A stretch of 64,000 nt of DNA from NCBI GenBank assembly GCA_964187785.1, contig OZ076413.1, positions 47,556,001-47,620,000 on the forward strand, given 5' to 3'. Position 1 is the first letter of the stretch. The number at the start of each line of letters is the position of its first letter. This DNA comes from Amphiscolops sp. MND2022 (Eukaryota). Positions 14,569-26,089 of the stretch are shown here, piece after piece. The notes beneath the pieces were generated by a model. It was given only the letters and a program-made list of their open reading frames with translations. It was not told where the DNA came from and did not search any database. A program made the position numbers and the translations under genes.

Positions 14569-15263
14569 CCGGGTTGACATAACATTTAGCCCATACAATG
14601 TTTCCACATATGGAAACTATATACCATAGAAAAAATGCCATATATTTTATGATCATGCTATGACTTGAAAGTTTTCAAATATGGTCATTATATGTACTGA
14701 ACGTTTTTTATATGGTCATTGTATGACTAGCATCTTTTCCATAAAAGGTTATAGTAGAAGTGAGTTTACTCCTGAGAAACGTTTCAAATAGTTGAGGCCT
14801 ACATCATTTCAAGCTAAAATTGGAATCGGAAATAACCCCATCTTGACCTCCTGTATCGGAAACGGATACATTGAAGATGATTGCATACGCAAACCACAAA
14901 GGTGTTATTAGCATTAACTCTTGTTACAACCATATCCCTTTTAAGTAGGATTTGTGCTTCAAATGAGATCGATTAGAAAAACGCATCAGAAATGGTAATT
15001 GTGATGATATTCTGATGTTTTTGATAAAAATTGGTTCATGGTTAAGGAGTAGCCATTAAATTCATCAACCTGAGCTTTAATTGACATACGTTATGCTAAT
15101 TTGCCATGTATGGAAAACATTTAGTCAATAAAAGGACCATACCATGGTCATTGTATGGTTTCAATGTTTTTTCTTTTGTATGGTCATTGGATTTCATACA
15201 TCACCAAATATGAAGTTCTATGATCTAAATGTTTAATGTTCTTTGTATTGAGGTCAACCCGGG
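14569..15263. mobile_element. MITE-like element with CCGGGTTGAC/GTCAACCCGG termini
   Basis: Inverted termini at 14569 and 15253-15263. The same terminus recurs at ~17032, 31564, 33960 and 35028. Non-coding. Confidence 0.55.
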
Positions 15264-15306
15264 CTTTCGAATTGGAACCTTTTCGAAGATAACTATCAAG
15301 AGGATA

Positions 15307-16057
15307 CCCAGTGTTCGAAGCCATGGTATCCTTGCCAAGATCATGGCAAGATCTTGGCAAGGATACCATGGCCATGCAAGATCGTCCAAAGGCTAACCAT
15401 GATCTTGGCACGGATGCCAAGATTAACCATATTCTTGACAACGGTTCCATGGTAGCAAATCCGTTTTAGGTAAATCTTATTTTCTAATTCTATTTCTATT
15501 TTCTAATCCTATTGCATTCTCGAACTTCAGTAACTTCAACACGTTACCTCAATAGGTGAGGTACTAGCAAGATTAACAAATCATAGCTAGAAAAGATGGC
15601 TTTCACACCGATATCGCAAATCCACAAGCTGCAATAACTTGATTTGGAGTTTGCTTTGTATGATAAATTATTATAGTCCAAACAATGCCGTGCTCTCAAG
15701 TACCAAAACTAGGTCAATATGTGCACATTATTGAGAAGGTTTGGATACGTTTCAGTGTAAAAAACTCTTTTCGATAAATAAAGGTTAAAGGTTATGTCCG
15801 AAGTTATCACAACAGCCTATTCAGAAATTGCAGACGGCAAGAAAGTTTTGTGAAAAGAATAAATTATACAATTAAAAGCAGCTCACATGTCTAACTATGC
15901 TTATCTTGCCATGATCTTGCGATGATCTTGCCATGATCTTGACAAGCGTTCCATGTATCATGATTTTCCATGATCTTGACAAGGGTACCATGGTTAACCA
16001 TGATTTAGCAAGATTAACCATGATCATGACAAGCGTTCCATGGCTTCGAACAATGGG
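15307..16057. mobile_element. Non-autonomous TIR element (CCCA...TGGG termini, TA flanks; EnSpm/CMC-like MITE)
   Basis: TIRs CCCAGTGTTCGAAGCCATGG / CCATGGCTTCGAACAATGGG. TA on both sides (15305-6, 16058-9). Subterminal CTTGCCA(A/T)GAT repeats. Superfamily assignment is inference. Confidence 0.8.
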
Positions 16058-19000
16058 TAAGCAATGTACGTTCCAGACAACTGCAATACTTTCTTACCCA
16101 ATCGCCGGCGTAGCCATCGTTGCCATTTAGTTTGACCTGCACGGAGCTGAAGCGGTCGTTGGATTTCTTGAGACAAACGTCGCACGTTATTTGGTCGTTG
16201 AACACATCAACCCTGCTTGCAAAAAGTATCAAGATAGTGCTGTTTTTCAGCACTGAGAGTAGCTTTTCATAATTTTGTGTACTTTCGAGGTGTACCAGAG
16301 AACAAGTCCGGTCCTGTATCCAGCCGGATTTCAGGAAAATGTCCTTTCCCGTAACTTATCACTGTATTAGCGTGCTATTTCTCTTCAAAAAGCGCCAATT
16401 AAAAATCATAATTTTTGCAACGTTTTTTAAACATGACGTTGAAACACCCATTGGTTTTCGAAAAAAGGTCAATACAAATATTAAACCAATACCAACTACC
16501 AATACCAATTAGCAATACCAATTAGCAAATCCAACTATAAATAACAATAAATGTTCGAACATCGGTTGAAAATAATCACTTGCCTGATGTCATCGCGCAA
16601 AATGATTTTCGACAAAAATTTTCTCACTGACCTGCCCCTTCCAAAAACATTGCCAGAGCCAGATTTGGTTCCGAGGTCACATCTTTGTCCGCCTTCAGTA
16701 ATTGCAGTGAAGGTCAGTGGATTATTTGTACCCCCAAAGATGTTACTCCGTGTTCTCACTATCATTTTAGACACAACTAAAAGCAGGTTTAATTACCAGA
16801 CAATATTGAAGAAGCTGTTTCGACTGGGTACGGGAAACACAAGAAGTTCAACACAGAAAAACTCAACACTCTTTTCTTATGTATATGAGTTCACCAGCAA
16901 AATATTACTCTGTATGCCTCATTTAATTAAGTACGTTGCGAATTTGGTTTATTCATATTCACACTTTATCATACCAATGCCTTATTCAATTTTGTATTCT
17001 ATAAAAACAAAAATTTAAACGTAACTATTAACCCGGGTTGACATGACATGATATACGACGTTCATGCAATTTTTCCTTATATGAAAATTAGTTGCAGTAA
17101 AAATTAAAAACAAAAACATTTTATGGCATGCTATGACTTTTATGCTTGTCACACATGATCATTTCATGACTTCCCTGCCGGGAAGATTACATGTCATTAA
17201 GGTTGCTTAGAACTTTTAGTATGATTTTGCTATGCTATTTCTTCAGGTGTTCGTTAGGAATTCTTCACAACTTGGCGGGTTTTCGGAGCATTATCAACGG
17301 AATTAATGACAAAATTCCCGCGAAAGTTTCCAGGTTTTTGCGTGCAAAACCTCAACATATTATTCACCATTTTCCGGTTTTGCAAAACCGAAAACAATTG
17401 ATTTCAAAGTTCTATAGAGTTTTCTTGAAGGACTACTAGTACTTTAAGAGTAGTACTTTAAAAGTACTTTAAAAGTAGTACTTTAAGAGCAGAAAATCAG
17501 CCAATTAGATTCGGTGAAATTTCAATTTTCACAAGCTTTTCAGCGGCGCCTAAGATGTTAGAGCGTGTGTAACAAAAGGTGGTCATAAAAGTAGTGTCAG
17601 GTTATCAAAACTGTTTTTAGGACGATATAGTTTTTTCACTTTTTCAAGTTTATTGTTTTTGCTGATACCAGTTTACTAATGTTTTTTTTCTGTTTCATAT
17701 CCCGAAATGTTAACTTTTGTGAGGACTCCGTTAACGAGACTGTCAAAAAGCACCCTCGAAAGTTGTTGGGATCCGAAATGTTGCTTCTCAATTGTGAAAC
17801 ATTAATTGCCAAACCTTGAAAATGCTTCTTTTCTCAATTTTGAAGTTGTATTTCCTTGATATTAATCTTAATTCAGATTCATATTTTGTTTTTTTTTTTA
17901 AAAAAAACACCTTCATTGGTTATTCTAGCTCTTCCAGATCATTTAGAAGAAAATCAGTGTTACTAGCCTAGCTTCAATGTTGAGAGCAAATTTTCAAACG
18001 GTTTTCATGCTTGCGCTGCCGTTCGCAATGAAAAAACTAATTCAGGGACGTTTTTCAACGCGCAGTGAAATGCTTCCAGGATTTTCCAAGCAGCAGTATA
18101 ATTTTACGTTTTTTTTTCTGGTCACAGTCTGAATGTTTTATTTTAAAAATTACTCTCCGTGCAGGCCGCCTGAAATGTGTAAAAATCCCAGCATTTTCGA
18201 CTAGGGTTCAATTTGTCTCATGATGATCTTTGTTTTCTTCATTCGGGATGTAACGTCCACCAGTCAAGGTCAAAAATTTAAAAAATTCGAAGAACAACCA
18301 AAAAGTGTGGGAATCAAAATGGCCGACCTAGCAGGTCGTTGAAATCGAAAAGGAAGCACACACAAGGCAAAAAAGACCCCCCCAGACCACGAAGAAAACT
18401 GAAAAGCAGTGAAAGAAGATATCCAGAAGCAGAAAAGAGCCAATACCCCAGTGTTGTGCCATCAAAACCGGAAAATCGCAAGAATGAGCCGGAAAAGAGA
18501 TGAAGAAGAAGGTGCGATTTTTGTGTGAGTCGAACCCAAAGTTCAAAACTTGCTGAGAACTGTTCAGAATGCCTTTCCAGCGCTGTTTTGTAGTATTTTG
18601 GCAGATTTTCAGGTGTTTGTTAATGGTAAACATGAAAGGTGTTGATTTTAGACGTTATTCATCTAATTGCAATGTGCTCTAACTAAACCCCTGTTTTCAG
18701 ACCTCAGAGGTATGTAGGACCGCAGGAACTCTTTGGATACGTTTTTACGTGCTTGTGGGACGTGTCCGGACTTTGAGTGTGCCGGCACGTCGCCACGGAG
18801 CTCTAAAATGAGGAGTCTCCACGACGTCTTGGAAAAGTCCCTACTGAGACCTTTTGGGACCAAAAACTGATGTTTAGGTTGTTATAAGACACTGGTCTCT
18901 TGTTAAGGCAACCTGGGCATTGTCCCGGTTCTAGAATGTAGCTGTTAGCTTGACGTTACAGGACAAATCATAGATAACTCAGTAATGGTGCCAAAATTGA

Positions 19001-20737
19001 TAATTGTGATTGTTTTTCCACGTTTCAATGGACCTTTGTGTGTCTGAACCTATATAATACATCGACAAAGATGGTGAGTGTTTGTAACGGGAACCTCTGG
19101 TACAGCGATTTTGCAACTTTGACATGTTCAGAAATTTTGTCAAAAATTCTAATTCGAAGTGTGACGTGGCACTGAGCATGTGATTGCTCTTTTCGCTGTT
19201 TTCGCCCTTTCCAATGAAAAACGAGGACCGAGCAAGACGGAGCGGGAAAGCAGAGAACGAAAAAGCTTGAGGGCTTAGAAAAACTCTGAAAAAGACTCTT
19301 TTTCAGGTGCTGACCCTGGTTTTCAATAAATTCAGCATTATGCTACCTTTAGTACCGGAAACCAGCAAAATGAGTCCTGTAGCTTAATTATCCTTGTTTG
19401 GTGCTTGGAGTCCCTGCGCCCCAGCTTTTAGCTGTGTGGTTTGTCATACTCGTGCCTGTTCTGATGTATTTTCACTGGTTTTAGCTAGCTCGAACGCTAG
19501 TTTTCGCAGTTTAGATTGTTTTACACATTTTAAAACTTATTACCCATGTCACCCTGGAATTGGAAATTTACCTTATTCTTGGCATTGTTTTTATATGCTA
19601 GTTAAACGGTGGTCTTTAGAAAATCAGAAAGATGCCCGCCGTTACTATTAGCAATCAAAGGCTAGGACCGGTTGGACAGTATTCGTCGAAGCGCCCACGG
19701 CCTCGGGACGTATTTCACCCCTGGAGGCAATATGGATATGTGGCGATGGGCACCTGTCCCGAGCGATTCACCCATTTCTGCCGGTTTCTCCACCTCTGTT
19801 AACGTGTTAAGCGACCGACAACAGCTTGCCGGTACATTTTATGTTTTTTTTTGTATGGAGAACTCATGGAGAACAGTGGTGTGAGGACGTGATGAAAAGT
19901 TGACTGAAACGAAATTTTTTAAACATTTTTGATGACAACTGTAAGAACTTACGTACTGGGATTACATGAACAAAACCACTGTCAACTTCTATCGGAAAAT
20001 GTTATCGACGAAATGATGACTGTTGAATAAGTACTTATAAGAAATTAAAATAAGTAAACTTATTTAATTGTGTTTTTCAGTAGCTTTCACGCACCGCAAA
20101 TTTGGTGAGATTCCAAGTCGGCACATGGTTTGGTAGGATCATCTGGAAGACATCGGGAAAGATCTGACGAACTTTTGATCTCAGAACAGCTTCCTTTGCC
20201 ATCACTTCGGAACCATATGCACTGACGTGTAGCCACAGGATTGGCCAAATCGGTCCCACAAGCACAGCAATTGCCTGTTTCGTATACACTTCGAGGACTG
20301 TAATTATCTGGAAAATATGATGTTCAACATCGAGAATGGCGTTGTTGTTCAGTATCGAACTAAATAGTGTTGAAAAAGTTTCAAACACATGCACAATCGA
20401 GAATGTTAAGGTGTTGAAACCAATCTCAGAATAGAGACACTGCAAGCTTTTTCAGCCCTTAAGACATCTGATTAAAATCTGATGATGGTGTCCAAAACCA
20501 CAGGGACGAGTGGCTATATTACAGAGTGGCTGAAATACAGAGAAATTAGAAAAACGGTATAGATCAAAGGAAAGATACACTAAAGCAGTCCATATGATAG
20601 TATTTTCACTGTTCTTGAATGATTTCCTTGCTTTTCTTGGTCAAATTCGATGTTCAGGGCTGTCTAAAACGTATATGGAAAATTTGGAAAACTTAACAAT
20701 TTTCACGAAAATAAAAACAATAATATACGAAACTAAC

Positions 20738-21724
20738 TCAATAGGTTCGAGTTGGCACTCCTCTATTCGCCACTACTTGAATGAGACGTTTCGGAAAGTT
20801 CCTGACTAATTTCTGAATCAGTTCTATCTCTAGATATTCCCACACTCTTTTTATCGCATTTTTCAAGTCTTCATTTGTTCGGTATTCTTTTCCTCCTTCA
20901 TAAATACGCCTTACAAGGATCGCCCAAAGATGTTCAATGGGGTTACACTCTGGAGAGTGAGGCGGCCATTCCAGAACGTCGATATTTTTGTCTTCCAGAA
21001 ACTTATGTGTTGATTGTGAGGTATGAGGTGTTGCATTATCATGCAATAAAATGAATACTTGTTGATGGAACGGAAAATAATTCTCATTGAGAATTCTTTG
21101 ATAATACTGCGAGTCGACAATCGTTACACAAAAATGTATTGTTGTTGTTCCTCGTGATCCAATGACTGCTCAAACCATAACTCCCGGGCTGAAAACTTTT
21201 TTCCAAACCACCTTTTCTCTTCTCCTTCCTATTGCCAGTACTTTCGACATCCATCAGGTCCATCCAGTACACAACGTTTTTTGTCGGTGAATGTGAATTT
21301 TCGATATTAATTTGTCCAGCTGTGATTTGTTCGAGAACATTTTTTGAGCGTTCCACTCTTCTCTTGATTTGCATCTGTTAGTGATGGTTATTTCTTTGGG
21401 GAAGAGTATTCAAAGCCTTCGGTTCTCAGAAAATTCCTCACTGTGTCTTTTTCTGCAGGTACGCGTAGCTGTGTGATTTTTTTTCGTAGGGAAACATTGC
21501 TTTCTCCACTCATGTGTCGTACTAAATCTCTTTTCATTGATTCTGATAATTTTTTGGCGGATACACCTCCGTGTCTGTAATCACCATCTCTTTTCAACAA
21601 ATTTTAACGCAGTTATATGTCCTTTTCAAGTGTTTCGATATTTCGGTCACAGTCTTTCCTGAATCTCTCATCCCAATTATTCGCCCTTTTCGATGTCAGT
21701 TAGTAAGGTTCCTCTCTTTGTCAT
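20738..21724 (-). pseudogene. Tc1/Tc3-like DD34E transposase, frameshifted
   Basis: N-terminal MTKRGTLLTDIEKG HTH-like start at 21724. FTDKKRCVLDGPDG (~21255-21295) resembles Tc3 FSDEKKFNLDGPDG. HDNATPH...WPPHSPECNPIEHLW gives a D-34-E spacing. TIRs not resolved. Confidence 0.9.
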
Positions 21725-21776
21725 TCTTGATAATCTTGATTAATCTTGATAATCTTGATAATCTTGATTAATCTTG
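21725..21776. repeat. Short tandem repeat (TCTTGATAA)n
   Basis: About 5 copies of a 9-10 bp unit. Confidence 0.85.
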
Positions 21777-21876
21777 AATAAAATACCCTTGATTTTTTGA
21801 TGATCCCGAAAAAAAATATAAAAAAATTTGTGGGATTTGAAATAGTTGAGTCGGAATTCACGTTGAACGTTTTTTT

Positions 21877-22242
21877 TCACATGCGCTTGTGTTGACCCAG
21901 GTCATGGGACAACTCGTAAATATCTTCTCGTTGGAAAGATGGACCAGGTTCAGCCAGGTCAGATTCGATCACTTTAGTATTTGCGGTAAAAGGGGTTTTG
22001 TCTGACAAAGAGTCAATTTTAGATGACAAGTTTTCAATCATCTTTAATATCTCCCTATGTCCCACTTCAGTATCCTTAATCCGACGACAAACAGATTTCT
22101 CTATTTTCTCAGACAATTCCGAAAAGTCTTTATCAGATATGCTGGGGAAATTTTCTGTCCTTAAACTGGAGGTCTCGGGTTCGCCTATGGAACTTGACAC
22201 TGAGTCTCTCCTGGCTTTCCTTTTCGAAGATCTTTCGGGCAT
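21877..22242 (-). CDS. LTR-borne Gag N-terminal fragment (MPERSSKRKARR...), runs out of the LTR into flank
   Basis: Basic N-terminus followed by a coiled-coil-like segment. Positionally equivalent to MPTTRKQKK... in the 45817-53961 LTRs. Gag identity is inferred from position. Confidence 0.55.
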   Translation of the reverse strand: MPERSSKRKARRDSVSSSIGEPETSSLRTENFPSISDKDFSELSEKIEKSVCRRIKDTEVGHREILKMIENLSSKIDSLSDKTPFTANTKVIESDLAEPGPSFQREDIYELSHDLGQHKRM

Positions 22243-23986
22243 TTTGGATTTTGAATTTTGCAGACTTATACTATTGAGAATAGAAGAAGTTGAAAGTTTC
22301 AAAGTTTATTGATTACGAAGGCAAAAAGTACAAGATTGTTTTCAAAAGCGATTAACGAAATTTTCAATTAAAGTTATCCAAATTTTACAGATATATACAC
22401 CTTTCCGCAAGCTAGTGAGCGGGAAAATCCATCACGCATTCACGCTTCATTCAGCCCGGCGTCCTTCCGAGGCGAGGAATCTGGAAGTTCAGTTCCGCTT
22501 TGTCGAACTCAGACTCTCAGTTTGTTCATGCTTTCCGGGGAAAGCACGCGTCTACTTCCTGTCTGAGTTGCGACTCCGCTTCCCTACACCTCCAATTCCT
22601 GCCTCTTTGGAACGCCGAAGCTGAATTCAGCATCAAGGTGTACAAATACTCAGAATTTTGCTTTCAAAGAAATAGGGAAAAATAGCAACGATACAATAAT
22701 GATTATTTTATGAAGATTGAAAATCTTCCAAATTAATCGAATCAAATACTGCTCTGGTTAATTATCTCATTAACAAACTGCAAAAACGATTTGTAATTCC
22801 CTTCAGGGGACATGAAAATGCTAATTAATCACAATGGAAAAATCCAAATCCCAGGCGGTGGTCCGGGACGATTTGGATAAGACGAAGGAATATTCCATGA
22901 ACGAAATTGTATAGCAACGGAACAAAGGTTTAAATGAAAATAAGTCACCCCAAGGACAATATTTGGGACGTTAATTAACCTGGTTACATGAGAATTTGCT
23001 TGGGAGAAATAATACGGCACAGTTTAAGAGTTTTAGTCTCAGGCCGGGGTCTGGGCCATGGTTTCATATTATCAGATGATTGAACATAGTTGCATGAGAA
23101 AATTATTACAGATAGCACACAATCGACCATTATTGTTTGCAATTACATATATCAGGTCGTGGTTTCATTGAGGGAATGTAAAATTAACTGTAGCACCGTT
23201 ATTTTCATTTCAAGAGTGTGTTCCGACAATTTTCACCTCAGGCCACGTCCTGGGCCGCAGTTCGGTGCGTTTAGAAATTAAACATCGTTACATGAACAAA
23301 ACTGCTACAAATTACATGCAATTAACGGTTATCATTTAAATCATCATAATTGGTTCATGGTTTCATTAGGAAAGGCAGAAAATCATTATTAATATCATCA
23401 TCTTCCATAAAAATAAACTTCTATGCGTTTTATTCTCAGGCCGTGTCTCAGGCCGTGGTATACAACTTCTGTACATTCGTTGTTTTCATTCAATCACTTG
23501 TACAATAATACGCGTAGCATCGTTCAATTTGCATACAAAATGCTTTACCAGGTTAATGCTCATACAATAGTACTGCACTATGCTGGTAATTAGCAGCGCA
23601 CAGCATATTTTGATTTCAGGCCACTCGCCAGGCCGGCGCTTCACTGCTTAAATCTCAGGCCGGTTGCCAGGCCGCGGTTCCGCCATTGTTATTATTTATT
23701 TAGCACTAAATAATATTATTAAATGCACTAACAGTTTTATACTGGTTGGTACACTGTGTGTGTTTGTATATATTAAGTATTACTGTATATATGTACATAT
23801 ACGTGTATAAATAAAATTTTAGCTCCGAAATAATTTAAAGTAATAATTATATACATTAGCACTAAATTAGTTGTATATTAGTTATTTCACTTGCCTTTCC
23901 TTTTCTTTTACTCTAATCCCAACTTCCTTCTTCGTAGACCGCGCTTGCTACGTGACAGGTCTCACAGCTTAGCTGGGGCTGTGACA
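21888..23986 (-). mobile_element. Solo LTR (~2.1 kb) of a Gypsy-like family, carrying the Gag N-terminus
   Basis: TG...CA termini. Flanks GCGCT (21883-87) and ACGCT (23987-91) match 4/5 as a TSD. Minus-strand TATA ~22395, AATAAA 22305-10, ATG 22242. Same layout as the LTRs of 45817-53961. Confidence 0.8.
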
Positions 23987-24153
23987 ACGCTTTAGACAAC
24001 ATTTTCATGACCGGAAGTTGAAAACTCTGAAACCGGAAGTCACATCAAAGTTTCTCTGGTGAAAAAAATTAGAACATATAGCCTGCGAACTACTCTAAGG
24101 TACGAAGGTGATCGGATCTAGCTTGCTGACTCTAGTTTAACTACTCACAGCTG

Positions 24154-24353
24154 NNNNNNNNNNNNNNNNNNNNNNNNNNNNNNNNNNNNNNNNNNNNNNN
24201 NNNNNNNNNNNNNNNNNNNNNNNNNNNNNNNNNNNNNNNNNNNNNNNNNNNNNNNNNNNNNNNNNNNNNNNNNNNNNNNNNNNNNNNNNNNNNNNNNNNN
24301 NNNNNNNNNNNNNNNNNNNNNNNNNNNNNNNNNNNNNNNNNNNNNNNNNNNNN
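24154..24353. other. Assembly gap (200 N)
   Basis: Run of 200 N. Confidence 0.99.
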
Positions 24354-24595
24354 AGTTTTAACCTGAGATGTCAACAAGTAATCAGAATAGAGAAAAAGCA
24401 AGAGGAGAACCTCAAATTTTTAGATGAAAATCCATAAAATTGCTGGTCCTTAAAGTCTGTAGGTCAGCCCACAAACACCCAAAATTCCGAAAAAACTGTG
24501 TGGTGGGCACTTCTGCAAGTGGAGCTTAGTAGATACCCAATGTGGTGTGTTTGTTTACTCCCACATAAAATGGGCATGCTTCCCAAAATGAGTGA

Positions 24596-24772
24596 AAAAT
24601 TAAGAACAATTTCCGACTTTTTGATGCGCAACTAGCGTCGCCACTGCTAGTGAAACTTCATCGTGGTCGTTCAAAAGCTAACCCGGTTAGTTTTTGAACG
24701 ACCACGATGAAGTTTCACTAGCAGTGGCGACGCTAGTTGCGCATCAAAAAGTCGGAAATTGTTCTTAATTTT
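24596..24772. repeat. Near-perfect ~175-bp palindrome (foldback MITE-like, TTAA at both ends)
   Basis: Arms of ~85 bp are reverse complements with one mismatch near the loop. TTAA at 24600-03 and 24765-68. Confidence 0.9.
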
Positions 24773-25860
24773 CATCATAACTTTCATCATAACTTTCATA
24801 ATTTTTAGGGCCTAATTCGTTTCGATGAAAAAACGTGAAATCTCGTTTTAATGTCTTTCCACTTTGCTTGGGAAAAGACGAAAATTGTATCGCGCTCACA
24901 GAGAAATAGTATGACAGCTTAAGGAACACAATCAATCGATTCGAATTGCACAAAAAATACAATTTTGCACATGAGACGGTTTTGTGCTTGCCATGAAAAG
25001 ATTTACATTCAGAACGGTTAAAGTGCCTATTTTTACAACAATCAAAAGCCGTTGAAGGCGCTAAACAGGGTGAAATCTTTGGTGCAGATAGAATTCTTTC
25101 CTAGGGAGGGGAGTAGTCGCACTATCGCCCTTCAAAACTCAAACATTTAGTCTGATATCGACCTCTCGAATTGGCGTGTATCATCATAGAGTTTCCGTTT
25201 TAGAAAAAGTACAGAGAAAAGTTTTCATCTCAAATTCTCAGTCGAAGCTTGCACGAATCTTGAAATTTTCATAATTTACTTTGCAAGAACCTTGCAAGTG
25301 CAATCCATTGCTCGCAAGGATCTTGCAAGACAGTTTGCAAGAATAATGCATTGACATGCAACATCTTGCAAGATGTCTTGTAAGGTGTCTTCGAGAATTT
25401 TGTATATTTTTCCAACCTCTGGGTGTTTCCTTGTAAATAATATGTTAAAATGGACAAAAATAGGTCGGCGTTTTTTTGCCGAGGATTCGATTGTTTGATT
25501 TTAACCAACACTTAATGTTTTTGTGTTTTATAGCTACAAAACAAAGTCTAAGACCTAAACCGCCAAAGAGGCCAACGAGTATTTCCTTTGAGTATTTCAT
25601 AGTTCTTTCAAATCGATTTATTCCATATTTTCAAGTTGAAAAATTACTTTTTTGGGCACGGTTCGATTTTTTCTATAAAACAAAGTGTTCACCAGTTTGG
25701 TTGCTTTTATGTTTTCAGAAAGTGTCCCGAAGCCTACCTTTTTTCATAAAGCTCGTTTTATAAGTGTGTACACTAAATACCGATGTGCAGTCGCGCCCCT
25801 TGGTATGTTTATCTTAACATGAAAAAAATGATGAAAGGTTTCGATTGACTTTTCGGTTTC

Positions 25861-25971
25861 ATCGTATAGCAGGGATAAAAAAACTTGTCGATAAGTTTGG
25901 AGGCCTTGAATAGTGATTACTATTCAAGGCCTCCAAACTAATCGACAAGTTTTTTATCCCTGCTACACGAT
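25861..25971. repeat. ~110-bp palindrome (foldback MITE-like)
   Basis: TAGCAGGGATAAAAAAACTTGTCGAT...ATCGACAAGTTTTTTATCCCTGCTA, with few mismatches. Confidence 0.88.
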
Positions 25972-26089
25972 TTTAAAACAACTGGTTTGTTGAGAAAAGG
26001 CAAGCATTTGAGATCGATGCGATCAATCGATGCTACATTGAGTTGTATTGCAGCGCTATTAAAATTTGGCATTTTGTTTTTTTTTCCAG

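Noticed and set aside
18200..20450. Exon-like, GC-richer patches (hydrophobic MMIFVFFIR..., Cys/His-containing frames)
   Set aside because: Multiple stops, and no consistent splice model or recognisable family. Possibly a decayed gene.
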